Assembly (NCBI RefSeq): GCF_001194135.2
Contig: NC_068988.1
Coordinates: 9,996,949 to 10,060,948 of the forward strand
Source: Octopus bimaculoides
Lineage: Eukaryota
DNA length: 64,000 nucleotides
Direction of reading: 5' to 3'
The notes under the pieces are model-generated. The model did no database searches. It saw only the letters and a list, made by a program, of their open reading frames with translations, and was not told where the DNA came from. The translations under genes and the position numbers were made by a program. Numbering within the stretch: position 1 is the first letter of the stretch; each line of letters starts with the position of its first letter. Shown piece after piece: positions 1 through 11,060 of this stretch.

Positions 1-391
1 CACACACACACACACACACACGCACGCACGCACGCAAATACTGAGGGCATGCACGCATAGATACACGCATACAAACATACGTAGGAGAAGCAAAACTTTA
101 TTCAAAACGATACTTAACTGAAACAACAGTATCACCACAATACTCCCTCGGGTACAGAGATACAGATGCAAACACCCTATTCATTCGCATACACACACGC
201 ATACCTATATACGCTCGCGCGTGGGAGCATGCACACACACGCACAAACACACACACACACACGCACGCATACACACACACACAAACACACACACAATCAC
301 ATGCATAAAACATCTACGCATAAATACACGAGAAATTATCTTTAATACAGAACTGTTAATTTTCATCAATTATTTATTCACTCTCTCTCTT

Positions 392-796
392 TTTTACTCT
401 TTTACTTGTTTCAGTCTTTTGACTGTGGCCATGCTGGAGCACCGCCTTTAGTCGAGCAAATCGACCCCAGGACTTATTCTTTGGAAGCCTAGTACTTATT
501 CTTTCGGTCTCTTTTGCCGAACCGCTAAGTTACAGGGACATAAACACAACAGCATCGGTTGTCAAGCGATGTTGGGGGGGACAAACACAGACATACAAAC
601 ACATACACACATACATATATATATACATATATACGACAGGCTTCTTTCAGTTTCCGTCTACCAAATCCACTCACAAGGCATTGGTCGGCCCGAGGCTATA
701 GTAGAAGACACTTGCCCAAGATGCCACGCAGTGGGACTGAACCCGGGACCATGTGGTTGGTAAGCAAGCTACTTACCACACAGCCACTCCTACGCC
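392..796 (-). mobile_element. Near full-length tRNA-derived SINE (family B, CORE-like, possibly OR1/OR2-type)
   Basis: Minus strand has a tRNA-like head (GGCGTAGGAGTGGCTGTGTGGTAAG...CCGGGTTCAGTCCC). It is followed by GGCATCTTGGGCAAGTGTCTTC, which resembles the start of the CORE domain, then an internal (TG/TA) tract and a tail GGCGGTGCTCCAGCATGGCCACAGTC. Related copies occur elsewhere in the window. The named family assignment is from recollection only. Confidence 0.8.
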
Positions 797-811
797 TGTA
801 GAATTAATTTC

Positions 812-1152
812 GAATTTTGACACAAAGCCAGCAATTTGACGATGTACGTCGATTATTTCAACCCCAGTGTTCAAATAGCACGTATTTTATTGATTCCGGA
901 AGGATGAAAGGTAAATCAACTTCGGCGCAGAACTTGAATAGGGACGATATGACGCGAAACATTTTTACGGCCTGCTAACGATTCTGACAGCTCATCGGCT
1001 CAAAGAAAACACTTTAATAACTGGTACTTATCTTATCGACTTCGAAATGGATGAAAGGCGAAATCGAATACAGTGGAACTTGAGCTCAGAACACAAAAAC
1101 GGACGATAAGAATTTTGCCCGGCGTGCTAACGATTCTTCCAGCTCACCGCCT
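812..1152 (-). mobile_element. Two diverged SINE family A copies (about 812-1000 and 1018-1152)
   Basis: Both end on the plus strand with GCTAACGATTCT(G/T)(A/C)CAGCTCA, the reverse complement of the family A head, and both contain GGATGAAAGG. Confidence 0.75.
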
Positions 1153-1280
1153 TTAAAAGAACTGCGCAGCTCTTCGGATAATTGAACCTGCGTACCGACA
1201 TTAGGTTACCAAATGTTGTTCCATTCCTACAAAAGTATCGCGTTTAAAAACACCATGATATTAAGAGAAACGAAAGCTAT

Positions 1281-1925
1281 GGGCTGGCAGAATCGTTAGC
1301 ACACCGGGCAAAATGCTTAGGATCTGAGTTCAAATTTCACCGTGGTCGACATTTCCTCTCATCTCCTTCGAGATCGATAAAATAATTATCAGTTGAGCAT
1401 TAGGGTCGATATAAACAATTTACTCTCTTGTCCAAACTTGCTGGCCTTGTGCCAAACTTTGAAACCAATATTAAGAGAAACAAACACGGCGTGATGACGG
1501 CGAGATGGCAGAAACGTTAGCACGCCGGACGAAATTCTTAGCGGTATTTCGTCTGCCGTTACGTTCTGAGTTCAAATTCCGCCGAGGTCGACTTTACCTT
1601 TCATCCTTTCGGAGTCGATTAATGAAGTACCAGTTACCCACTGGGGTGGATGTAATCGACTTAATCCCTTTGTCTGTCTTTGTTTGTCCCCTCTATGTTT
1701 AGCCCCTTGTGGGCAATAATGAAATAAGAATCGTTAGCACGCCGGGAAAAATACCTAGCGGTATTTCGTCTGCCTTTACCTACTGAGTTCAAATGCTGCC
1801 ATGGTTGACATTGTCTATCCCCTTTTAGGGGACGATAAAATTAGTACCAGCTGAGTACTGGGGCTGATGTAATCGACCTGCTACCTTCTCCGAAATTACT
1901 GGTCTTGCGCTAAAATCTGGAACTA
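1281..1925 (+). mobile_element. Three tandem SINE family A copies (about 1281-1470, 1497-1727, 1728-1925)
   Basis: Shared head GCTGGCAGAATCGTTAGCAC, B-box-like GAGTTCAAAT and body GGTCGACTTT(G/A)CCTTTCATCCTTTCGG..TCGAT..AAGTACCAG. ATATTAAGAGAAAC is duplicated at 1258-1271 and 1468-1481 around the first copy. Confidence 0.85.
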
Positions 1926-2199
1926 ATCTTAGAGAAATAAACATCATCGTAGTTATTGTCGATGTTGTTGTTGTGAAATAGTTTTATGTTAATGAAGCTG
2001 CTGCTGCTGTTGTTGTTGTTGTTGGTATGTCTTTTGATGATGTTCTTGTTAATGCCAGCGTTGTGGATTATGTTATTCGTGTCGGTTGTTGCAGCTGTTC
2101 TTCCTATTGTTCATTTGCAGGTCAATCCTGACTAGGTTACTTCGTGTTCAAACGTACTTCATCCATGTCCACCCCATCTATTCCCTAATTACCAGTGAC

Positions 2200-2300
2200 C
2201 ACATCATTCCATGCGTTCTTGCTTTTAATAATATAAAAGCGAAATATGATTTGAAGGAGATATTGCTGCTATTTCTAGCAGGTCGTGTGGTCAGAAAATC
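2200..2300 (-). repeat. Dispersed repeat family D fragment (unclassified)
   Basis: Minus-strand CACGACCTGCTAGAAATAGCAGCAATATCTCC resembles plus-strand 42817-42870 (CACGAGATCTGTTCGAATTAGCAGCCAAAA) and 17296-17340 (CGATCTGCTATAGATAGTGGTCAAAA). Confidence 0.45.
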
Positions 2301-3114
2301 CTTCCATTTACACCAAGTATCGTATGCTGTAAGGGTGGAGACATCTACTTTTACAATTCCCAAGAGAATTCAAGATGTAAGAAAAACCCAGAGTTTTAGT
2401 GCATTCGTCACATGTCTGAAAAACAACAAAATAAACAGAAACAAAAAACAATCAGTTTTCTTTATTCATATTCAAACGCGGCTATTTTTATTTATTTCTT
2501 AATATTTATAATATTTATGTACTACTATTTATTGATAATTTAAAAATTTTTTTTTTTTTTTAAGTTTCAGCTTAGAGCTGCGGCCATGCTGATGCACCAC
2601 CGTGAAATTAATATTTACTATCCTCNNNNNNNNNNNNNNNNNNNNNNNNNNNNNNNNNNNNNNNNNNNNNNNNNNNNNNNNNNNNNNNNNNNNNNNNNNN
2701 NNNNNNNNNNNNNNNNNNNNNNNNNNNNNNNNNNNNNNNNNNNNNNNNNNNNNNNNNNNNNNNNNNNNNNNNNNNNNNNNNNNNNNNNNNNNNNNNNNNN
2801 NNNNNNNNNNNNNNNNNNNNNNNNNNNNNNNNNNNNNNNNNNNNNNNNNNNNNNNNNNNNNNNNNNNNNNNNNNNNNNNNNNNNNNNNNNNNNNNNNNNN
2901 NNNNNNNNNNNNNNNNNNNNNNNNNNNNNNNNNNNNNNNNNNNNNNNNNNNNNNNNNNNNNNNNNNNNNNNNNNNNNNNNNNNNNNNNNNNNNNNNNNNN
3001 NNNNNNNNNNNNNNNNNNNNNNNNNNNNNNNNNNNNNNNNNCTTCCCACAAATTTCAGGTTTTATACCTACAGTAGAAAGGATTATTATTATCATTACAA
3101 TAATTATTATTCAA

Positions 3115-3305
3115 GGCGGCGAGCTGGCGGAATCGGTAGCACGCTGGACGAAATTCTTAGCAAAATTTCGCACCTCGTTACGTTCTGAGTTCAAATACCG
3201 CCGGGGTCAGCTTTGCCATTTATTCTTTCGGGATCGATAAAATAAGTACCAGTTGAAACACTGGGTCGATGTAATCGACTAGTGCCCTCCCCTGATATTT
3301 AAGGC
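3115..3305 (+). mobile_element. SINE family A copy
   Basis: GGCGGCGAGCTGGCGGAATCGGTAGCACG head, GAGTTCAAAT, GATAAAATAAGTACCAGTTG. Confidence 0.85.
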
Positions 3306-3324
3306 GTTCTGGGCTGTTGTCATT

Positions 3325-3770
3325 AGTTTTTTTCTTCTTTTTATCGCAAGTTTTCCAGGAGTTCTTGGAGAATTTGTATGCGTAGCGCGCTTGCTACCTG
3401 CAGCCTACGGCACCATGTCATCCGTTCTGTTCAGCTATCCAATACTTTCCTGATTATTCTGGCTGTACCATGGAGGCAAACCTTTTGTAATAGTTCTCCT
3501 GGACACTCTATTCCAATTTCCTTTATATTCTCCTTGATGCCTTCTTGTACTTTTCCTAAGGACCCAACAATAATTGGCACTACCTTCACTTTCTTCATTT
3601 TCCATTTTCCATTTCGTACTTAAGACGGTTGTATCTATCTATCTATCTATCTTTTCGCCTTCCTACTTGACTATTCGTGGGTCGGAGGGGCATGCAAGTT
3701 AACTATATAGCATATGTTGTGCACCAGGTCCGTTCTATTATGCTCTACCACCTGATCTATTTGGATATTG
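3325..3770 (-). mobile_element. 5'-truncated R4/Dong-clade non-LTR retrotransposon 3' end (restriction-like endonuclease), copy B
   Basis: Manual minus-strand translation with frameshifts: IQIDQVVEHNRTDLV..CYIV..ACPSDPRIVK*EGEKIDRYNRLKYEM..WKMKKVKVVPIIVGSLGKVQEGIKENIKEIGIECPGELLQKVCLHGTARIIRKVLDS* (stop at 3431-3433). This matches the R4/Dong RLE C-terminus pattern (PD..D..K and LLQK..L.GTARI.RKVL). Confidence 0.85.
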
Positions 3771-4105
3771 CTGTTGTTGTTTCTGTTATTGTTGTTGTTG
3801 TTGTTATTTCGTTAGTGCATGCTAATTTAGTTAGCGGGTATTTTATCTCGATATCTGGCGACAGCGAGTCTCCGCCAAAACCTCAAGAATCTGCTTCAGG
3901 ATTCTTACTTTTCTGCTTGTCCACAATGCAAGTTTCAATACCCAATTCATTTGAGTCTTTTAAGCAGAGTTTTGGGCGTTGTGCCAAGCGGACTAATTAC
4001 GAGAGGAATAGTTGTTGGCTTAGTGTTTCGAATTCTCCTGAGTTCTCTGGCCAGATCCTAGTATTCATCAATTTTTTCAGTTTCCTTTGTATTGAGTCTA
4101 CTTTT
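3771..4105 (-). mobile_element. 5'-truncated R4/Dong-clade 3' end, copy A, with (AAC/AAT)n tail
   Basis: Minus strand reads SRLNTKETEKIDEY*DLARELRRIRNTKPTTIPLVISPLGTTPKTLLKRLK../LGIETCIVDKQK..RILKQILEV, then a short 3' UTR and an AAC-rich tail at about 3771-3808. Confidence 0.75.
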
Positions 4106-4212
4106 AAAACCTTCTTTAACAGTTAGTTATGAAAAGCTGTGCTGATTATAAGTTTATTAACAGGAAATATGTGTGTGTTGACAATTCGTTTATATGTAGT
4201 TATAAACACACA

Positions 4213-4279
<67 letters not shown>

Positions 4280-4384
4280 ACACACACACACACACATATG
4301 TGTGTGTGTGCGTGTGTGCGCGTATTTGGTGTCTATAATTGCATGTAAACAAATTGTCGACACACACTTTATTGACGCAATGGA

Positions 4385-4720
4385 CATATGGCCGCTGTTG
4401 AACGAAGTAAAAGAATATATATGTATATAGAACGTTTCTCTCTGAGGCACAAATCCAGGGCAAGGATGTTTATGGAAGACCAGCAGTCGCCCATGCATAC
4501 CAGCCTCTCCTCTCCTCGTCAGAGATGTTATCCAAGGGAAAGGCAAAGACAGGTATATCTTGGCACCAGTGACATTGCAACTCATTGCTACAGCTGAGTG
4601 AACTGGGGCAACGTGAAATAAAGTGTCTTGCTCAAGACTAGAACACATAGCTTGGTCTGGGATTCGAACACAAAATCTCATCATTGTAAGCCCAACGCCT
4701 TAACCACTGAGCCATGCGCT
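4385..4720 (-). mobile_element. tRNA-derived SINE family C
   Basis: Minus head GCGCATGGCTCAGTGGTTAAGGCGTTGGG (A box) and GTTCGAATCCC (B box), then CTTGAGCAAGACACTTTATTTCACGTTGCCCCAGTTCACTCAGCTG. Confidence 0.8.
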
Positions 4721-5081
4721 TTTACTTGCGTATATATCATACAAATATGTATACACACACATGTGTGGATATGTATGTATATTTGTACATATGTGTATCT
4801 ACTTATAAATTATAAACGCGTATATACATACATGTGTGAGTGTTTATGTATGTATGTGTAAGCATAAACGCATTCATATAGACACAAACACACACACACA
4901 CACATACAGACACAAATGATGAAATGCTTTTAGGAATTTCGTCAGACAAATAAAACGCTATAGAAGTTTCAAGTTTCAAGTAAATATCTATGTATGCAAA
5001 CACAGTCACACAGACACATGTTTATATATATATATATATATATAGGTGTGTGTCAGATAGAGAAAGAGAGAGAGAGTGAGT

Positions 5082-5116
<35 letters not shown>

Positions 5117-5303
5117 TATGTGTGTGTGTGTGTGTGTGTTTGTGTGTGTGTGTTTGTAATTTTGTTCTGTATCGGTAAAAGTTGCTACTTGTACAGATTC
5201 GTATATTTTCAATCTTCGTCTTAGAATGAATACCATTGTTGAGTAGTGCCAAGGTGAAGAATTTCATGCACTATGTCTTTAAACTGCTTATCACTTTGCT
5301 TAG

Positions 5304-5343
<40 letters not shown>

Positions 5344-5409
5344 ACACAATCACACACACACACACACACACTNNNNNNNNNNTTATCACTTCGCTTAGAT
5401 ACACGCATA

Positions 5410-5458
<49 letters not shown>

Positions 5459-6546
5459 CCACATACCCTCAGGCAGACATACATGCATACGTAGTATAAA
5501 TAGTTAAAATTCTTTAAGACGATACCAATGCTATTGTAAGAACTATCGACAACATAAAGTTAAATACATGGAAAACATAATGAATTCGGTGCACAAAGGA
5601 TCTCTATTGTACATTAATATGCTTATACAATTTTTCTGTTTTCTTTTTTCTGACGTGCTGTAATCGTCATCACATTTTCTCATATATAATCTCTAAGCTA
5701 AAATTATATATGAGTTATCCCCCGTGAAATGTATGCAACGTATAGCATTTAGTCTGCTAGAGTATCGTCCCTTCGCAATAGCAGTGTTGCTTGAATCTAG
5801 TAACGCACACCGTTTTATATTAATTTAAACGATATTGTTTTCGTAATTGCTTGTGTGTGAGATCGTTGCTCGTTTTAAACATTTCTAGTCATTTAGAAAA
5901 GTAAACCCGTTGTTTATATTTTTGACCTTGAAATCCTCTTCGTTAAAATTCTTCATAAATGGACGAATTAACCGTAAATATTTCGGGAATAACAAAAATG
6001 AATAAAAAATGACTAATAATATTTTCTGATTATTAGTAAGTACAAGATACACCAATGGTTATATTCTAGTAGTAGTAGTAGGACATTCACAGCGAACTAT
6101 AATCTACATTGTAAAGCCGAAATACTTCCGCAAACGCATAGCTCTGTGTAGATAATAATATTTTTGCAGTATATATCTGTTTATAATCTTTTCTACTCTA
6201 GGCTCATGGCCCGAAATTTTTGGGGAGGTGACCAGTCAATATATATTGTGTTAGCAGCGTTGTATCTGTAGTAAGTAGACAGATATGAGAGGACATTCTT
6301 TACGAATCGAAAGTGACATTAAAACGGTTGCGGCGGGGATTATTTTCTCAGCACATCGAGCAGATGTCGCTATACAATAACGCGATCCAGTTTCTGAAAG
6401 AAAAAGGTAATAGCAGCTGCCTAGATACATCGACTGTATGTGAAGCTTTAGATTGTTCAATCGATTAAAAGCCCCAGTGAAACTAGTTACATTACCTGTC
6501 CTCTCCATGTTGGAGAGCTGTGTACGCGAATACAAAAAAACTACTT

Positions 6547-6768
6547 CCGAGGGTGTGCTGAAAAGTTCCTGGCTTTAAGGGTATCACGAAATGCCTAGTT
6601 GGAGGCCCAACCTTCCGAGTTCTTTTACAAGGTGTAGGAAAACAGAAGAACCACCGCAATAAGCGTTTGAATCTGAGGAAGGGAATATGTTGAATAAAAC
6701 CATAATTAATTGATCCTCCTGTATTTTCTTTTACCGAAAACCACGTACTTTTTCAGCACCCTCTCCTA
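6547..6768 (+). mobile_element. Mariner-derived MITE (internally deleted, about 220 bp)
   Basis: Imperfect TIRs: CGAGGGTGTGCTGAAAAGTTCCTGGCTTT on the left and AAAACCACGTACTTTTTCAGCACCCTCTCC followed by TA on the right. Internal AAGCGTTTGAATCTGAGGAAGGGAATATGTTGAATAA resembles the mariner C-terminus KCV...GEYVE*. Confidence 0.7.
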
Positions 6769-6842
6769 TATATACCGTAGAGCAATTATTGTTGTTACAA
6801 CCGAACTATTGTATATGACTTGGTATATTTATGAAATATAAA

Positions 6843-7290
6843 GCGGTGAGCTGTCAGAAACGTTAGCACACCGGGCGAAATGCTTATCACTATTTCGTCT
6901 TTCTTTACGTTCTGAATTCAAATTTCGCCGAGGTCAACTTTGCATTTCATCCTTTTGTGGTCAATAAATTAAGTACCAGTTGCGATCTGGGGGTCGATCT
7001 AATCGACTGCCCCCTCCCCCAAATTTCGGGCCTTGTGACTAGAGTAGAAAAGAATATTTATGAAATATGCAACGCGGTGGGCTTGGAAAAATCGCTACCA
7101 CGCCGTGAAAATGCTACGCGGCAAATTGTGCGTCTTCACGTATTCGGTACAAATGCCGCCGAGGTCTGCCTTGTCTTTCGCTGTCGATTAAATAATAGAT
7201 ACCAGTTGAATTCTGGGGTCGATGAATTCAACTTACTTCCATCCCCCGAAATTACTAGCCATGTACCAAAATTTGGAACCAGTATTAAAA
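6843..7290 (+). mobile_element. Two tandem SINE family A copies (about 6843-7060 and 7073-7290)
   Basis: The first has a clear head and tail CCCCCAAATTTCGGGCCTTGTGACTAGAGTAGAAAAG. The second is more diverged, with tail ATGTACCAAAATTTGGAACC. Confidence 0.75.
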
Positions 7291-8270
7291 GTTAACCATC
7301 ACCGTTTTCCTGGCATTTGGGGCTTTCATTCTGTCTGTCTGTCCCACGTCTTCTCTTCTCCGGCTCTTCCATTTCTTCCTTGTACCAAAATTTGCAACCA
7401 CAATTTTGAGACATTAGGGAAGAATATTAACGCAAAATACTCTCGCCGAAGGTGATGGAACTTAATAAAAAACACATCAAACTATGTTGTTTGCCATAAC
7501 TATATGAATGCCATTGCTGCTGCTGCTACTGCTGCTGCTGTTCGTAACAGTACTCCTAATTCAACTACTGCTACTGATTATGGCGATGATGATAACGATG
7601 ATGATGATGGTGATGACGACGACAACGACGATGATAATTATTGTTGAATAATATTAATTCTGTTTCTTTGAATATAGCCATTTCAGATGATTTTCACGTA
7701 GTTTTAAAATGTTTTCGGCTGTTTCTTTATTCTTTTTTTTTTTTTTTTTTTTTTTATTTTGATAAAAAATTTAATCCAACTTTCCACAGATAACATAGTT
7801 TATCGTTACGGAAGCCTTAAAGAGTATGTTGCCATCAACAAAGTTCGAACATGGAAACTACGATTTTTAGACTAAAATCTCTGGTAGAGATACAGCTATT
7901 CAATGTAACCTTCTCTTCATGCTAAATGCTTTTTTTAATTTCTTTCGATAGCTACATTACGAACAGAATCTTCTTGCTGAAAGATTTTATTTCAAAACTA
8001 AAGGAAAAGAAAATTATAAGTATAAGAAAGGACATTCTTCAGACAAACACAACCAAGCACAAACAACACAACACCAACCACACACACACACACACACATA
8101 CATACACATACACACATATGGTGCCTGAGCGTGTACGTGACTGTATGCGTAGGCATGCAGGGGTAAATGTGTTTATCTCTCTTGTACGTACACGATTGCT
8201 GACGCTGTAACCAACGTAAAACTGTGAATACCACAAGAAGTGGCACTGTTTAAAGAAACAGACTTAATTT

Positions 8271-8520
8271 GTCATCATCATCATCATCATCATCATCATC
8301 ACCATCATCATCACCATCATTATCCTCATCATCAACATCATCATCATCATCATCATCGTCATCATCATCATCATCATCATCATTATGACCAGCACCACTA
8401 CCGCCATCAATACCACCACACACACCTATCACCACCACCATTATCATCACCATCATCATCATCATCATCGACATGGTCATCATGATCACCATGACGAGCA
8501 CCACCACCACCACCACCACC
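8271..8520. repeat. Compound (CAT)n/(CAC)n microsatellite
   Basis: Read directly; it is the source of the poly-His and poly-Asp ORFs. Confidence 0.95.
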
Positions 8521-9032
8521 ACACACATACGCACAGACACATACATCTCTCTTCCTCTCCCCCCTCTCTCTCTCTCTCCAGATAGATGCATAGATAGATA
8601 GATAAATAGATAGTTATAAAGAGACATTTTAAAAATCATTCGTATGCATATTGAGAAACAAAGAGAAAAAAGAACAGTAACAAAAAGTTCTATGGCTTCC
8701 TGAAACAAATTCTTATACATACATATAACCTAATATATACGCGCACACATACAGACACGTATAAACGCATCATACACAGTAACGTACACGCATAGTGATT
8801 TTGACTGTTTTCGTCAACTTTACTTCCCTTCACAAGTAAACTTCTTAAAGATCTGAACATATTAAATGCGCAGGTGATAGCTGACTACTTCATATATACA
8901 AATAGCATTGCTAAGCATGACATTATTTTATTATGCATAAATATGCGAGACTCTGTTTACGATATTAAAAAAATATATATATCGCTTTATCAATTCTTTC
9001 TGTTATATAATTAGTTAGAATACAAATGAGTG

Positions 9033-9070
<38 letters not shown>

Positions 9071-9161
9071 GCATGTGTGTATATATTTACATATACACGC
9101 ACACACATACTTTAATATATATTCCTAAATGCGTTAAACAGCATATTCTTATTTTGACATC

Positions 9162-9242
<81 letters not shown>

Positions 9243-9853
9243 GCATGCGTGAATGTTTGTGTGTGTGTGTGTGTGTGTATGTATGTGTGTATACGTGCGT
9301 ATATGTGTATATGTGTGTGTGTGTTTGTATGTATGTGTATAGCTAAAATGAATTGTGAATATTTAAGGAAAGCTATAACTTATCATTTATTCTTTAATTT
9401 AAGAAACTTTAATCGTATTTTTTTCCTAAAAACTTACATTCATCACCACATCTCTTACCGCGCCTCTCACTGCAATATACTGGCAAACACATGGAGGCTG
9501 CTCTGAACGTTAAATGATGCGGTATGTCATGGTTTATTCCCAAAGGATGTAATGGTTCTCTTGTCAACTTGACGACTTCTCCTTTTATTGTTTATTGTTA
9601 TAAATGGATGTTTATTGTATTTCTGTATTTCTGGATTAACTTACTACTACTTTGTTTTGAAGTAAGGATAGACGATAGCAACTTAGATATAACTACTAAG
9701 TTGCTCTCCAGATGTTCACCACCGAACTTGTGCTCACACATAAGACCACATGTAAACAAGCGCACATATACACGAGTACATATACGATAACCTATTCACA
9801 AACGCACACACACACAAGTATATTTATGCATGCATGAACATATGTCTCTCTCT

Positions 9854-9909
<56 letters not shown>

Positions 9910-9993
9910 CAAAAAAACAATAACAAAAAAACAAAAAAACAACAAAGTGAGGACGTGATATGGATAGTATTATTGGACGCTCAGGAAAGATAT

Positions 9994-10025
<32 letters not shown>

Positions 10026-10034
10026 GTGTGTGTG

Positions 10035-10065
<31 letters not shown>

Positions 10066-10533
10066 ATATATATATATGTACACACAAATGCATGTACGTA
10101 TCATATGTATATATATATATATATATGATACATACATGTAGATAAATATATACATATATATGCGCGTGCGTGTGTGTGTGTGTGCGCGTGTATGTGTGTG
10201 TTAGTGTGCATCTATGGATGTATATGTATGAATATTGATGATGAGAAACAGAGATGGTTAAAGTAAGGCGTCACCAACCTATGGCATTGTAATAAATGTT
10301 TTGTAGATGAGTCAAGAATTTGTACCAGAAACGTAAAGAAAAGAAAGAAATACTGCAAGTCATTACGTAATAATTCTGCTGCCACACCGTCTCATGAGTC
10401 ACATGTATTTTTTGTATGATGACATTGGCTTAAAAAGGTTTTGAATAGAGGCAGAAATAAAAAGACGTATTTATAGAGAAAAATATTTGACGACAAACCT
10501 AGGATACATTACAATATTCGACATCTGTTGCAA

Positions 10534-11060
10534 GGCTGTGAGCTGGCAGAATCGTTAGCACGTCGAGTGAAATGCTTAGCGCTATTTCATCTGTCTTTAC
10601 GTTCTGAGTACAAATTCCGCCAAGGTCGAAATTGCCTTTCATCCATTTATCGGAGTCGATAAATTAAGTACCAGTTGTGTACTGAAGGTTGATCTAATCA
10701 ACTGACCCCCTCCCCCAAAATTTCTGTCCTTGTGCCTAGAGTACAAAAGAATATTGAACATCTCTTGTACATTCGTACTTGTTGAGTATTAAGACAAAGA
10801 AGAATACGAATTAGAGCAATGCATGTTGTGTGTTAATAAGGGAAGTGGGGAAAGCGGAAAGCTGGCCGATTCGTTAAGGCGCCGGAGAAAATGTTTTGTG
10901 ACATTTTCCCGGCTCTTTACGCACTGAGATCGAATCCTGCCGTGATTAACATTTTCATTCACCCTTTTAGTGTCGATAAAAAACAATACCGGGGTTGAAG
11001 TAGTCAAACTAACCCCTCCCCTCCCCTCAAAATACTGGCCGTGTGCCAAAATTGGAAATA
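10534..11060 (+). mobile_element. Two SINE family A copies (10534-10755 and a degenerate copy at about 10850-11060)
   Basis: GGCTGTGAGCTGGCAGAATCGTTAGCAC head and GGAGTCGATAAATTAAGTACCAGTTG; the second copy retains GTCGATAAA and GGCCGTGTGCCAAAATT. Confidence 0.75.

Noticed and set aside
2121-2376. Plus-strand candidate exon with a good acceptor (TTTGCAG), a donor (GAT|GTAAGA) and 85 open codons
   Set aside because: Its middle overlaps dispersed repeat family D, which also occurs at about 17.3 and 42.8 kb, and the peptide is unrecognisable.
9677-9705. Perfect 10-bp hairpin AGCAACTTAG/CTAAGTTGCT
   Set aside because: A few such hairpins are expected by chance in 64 kb of AT-rich DNA, and there is no supporting context.
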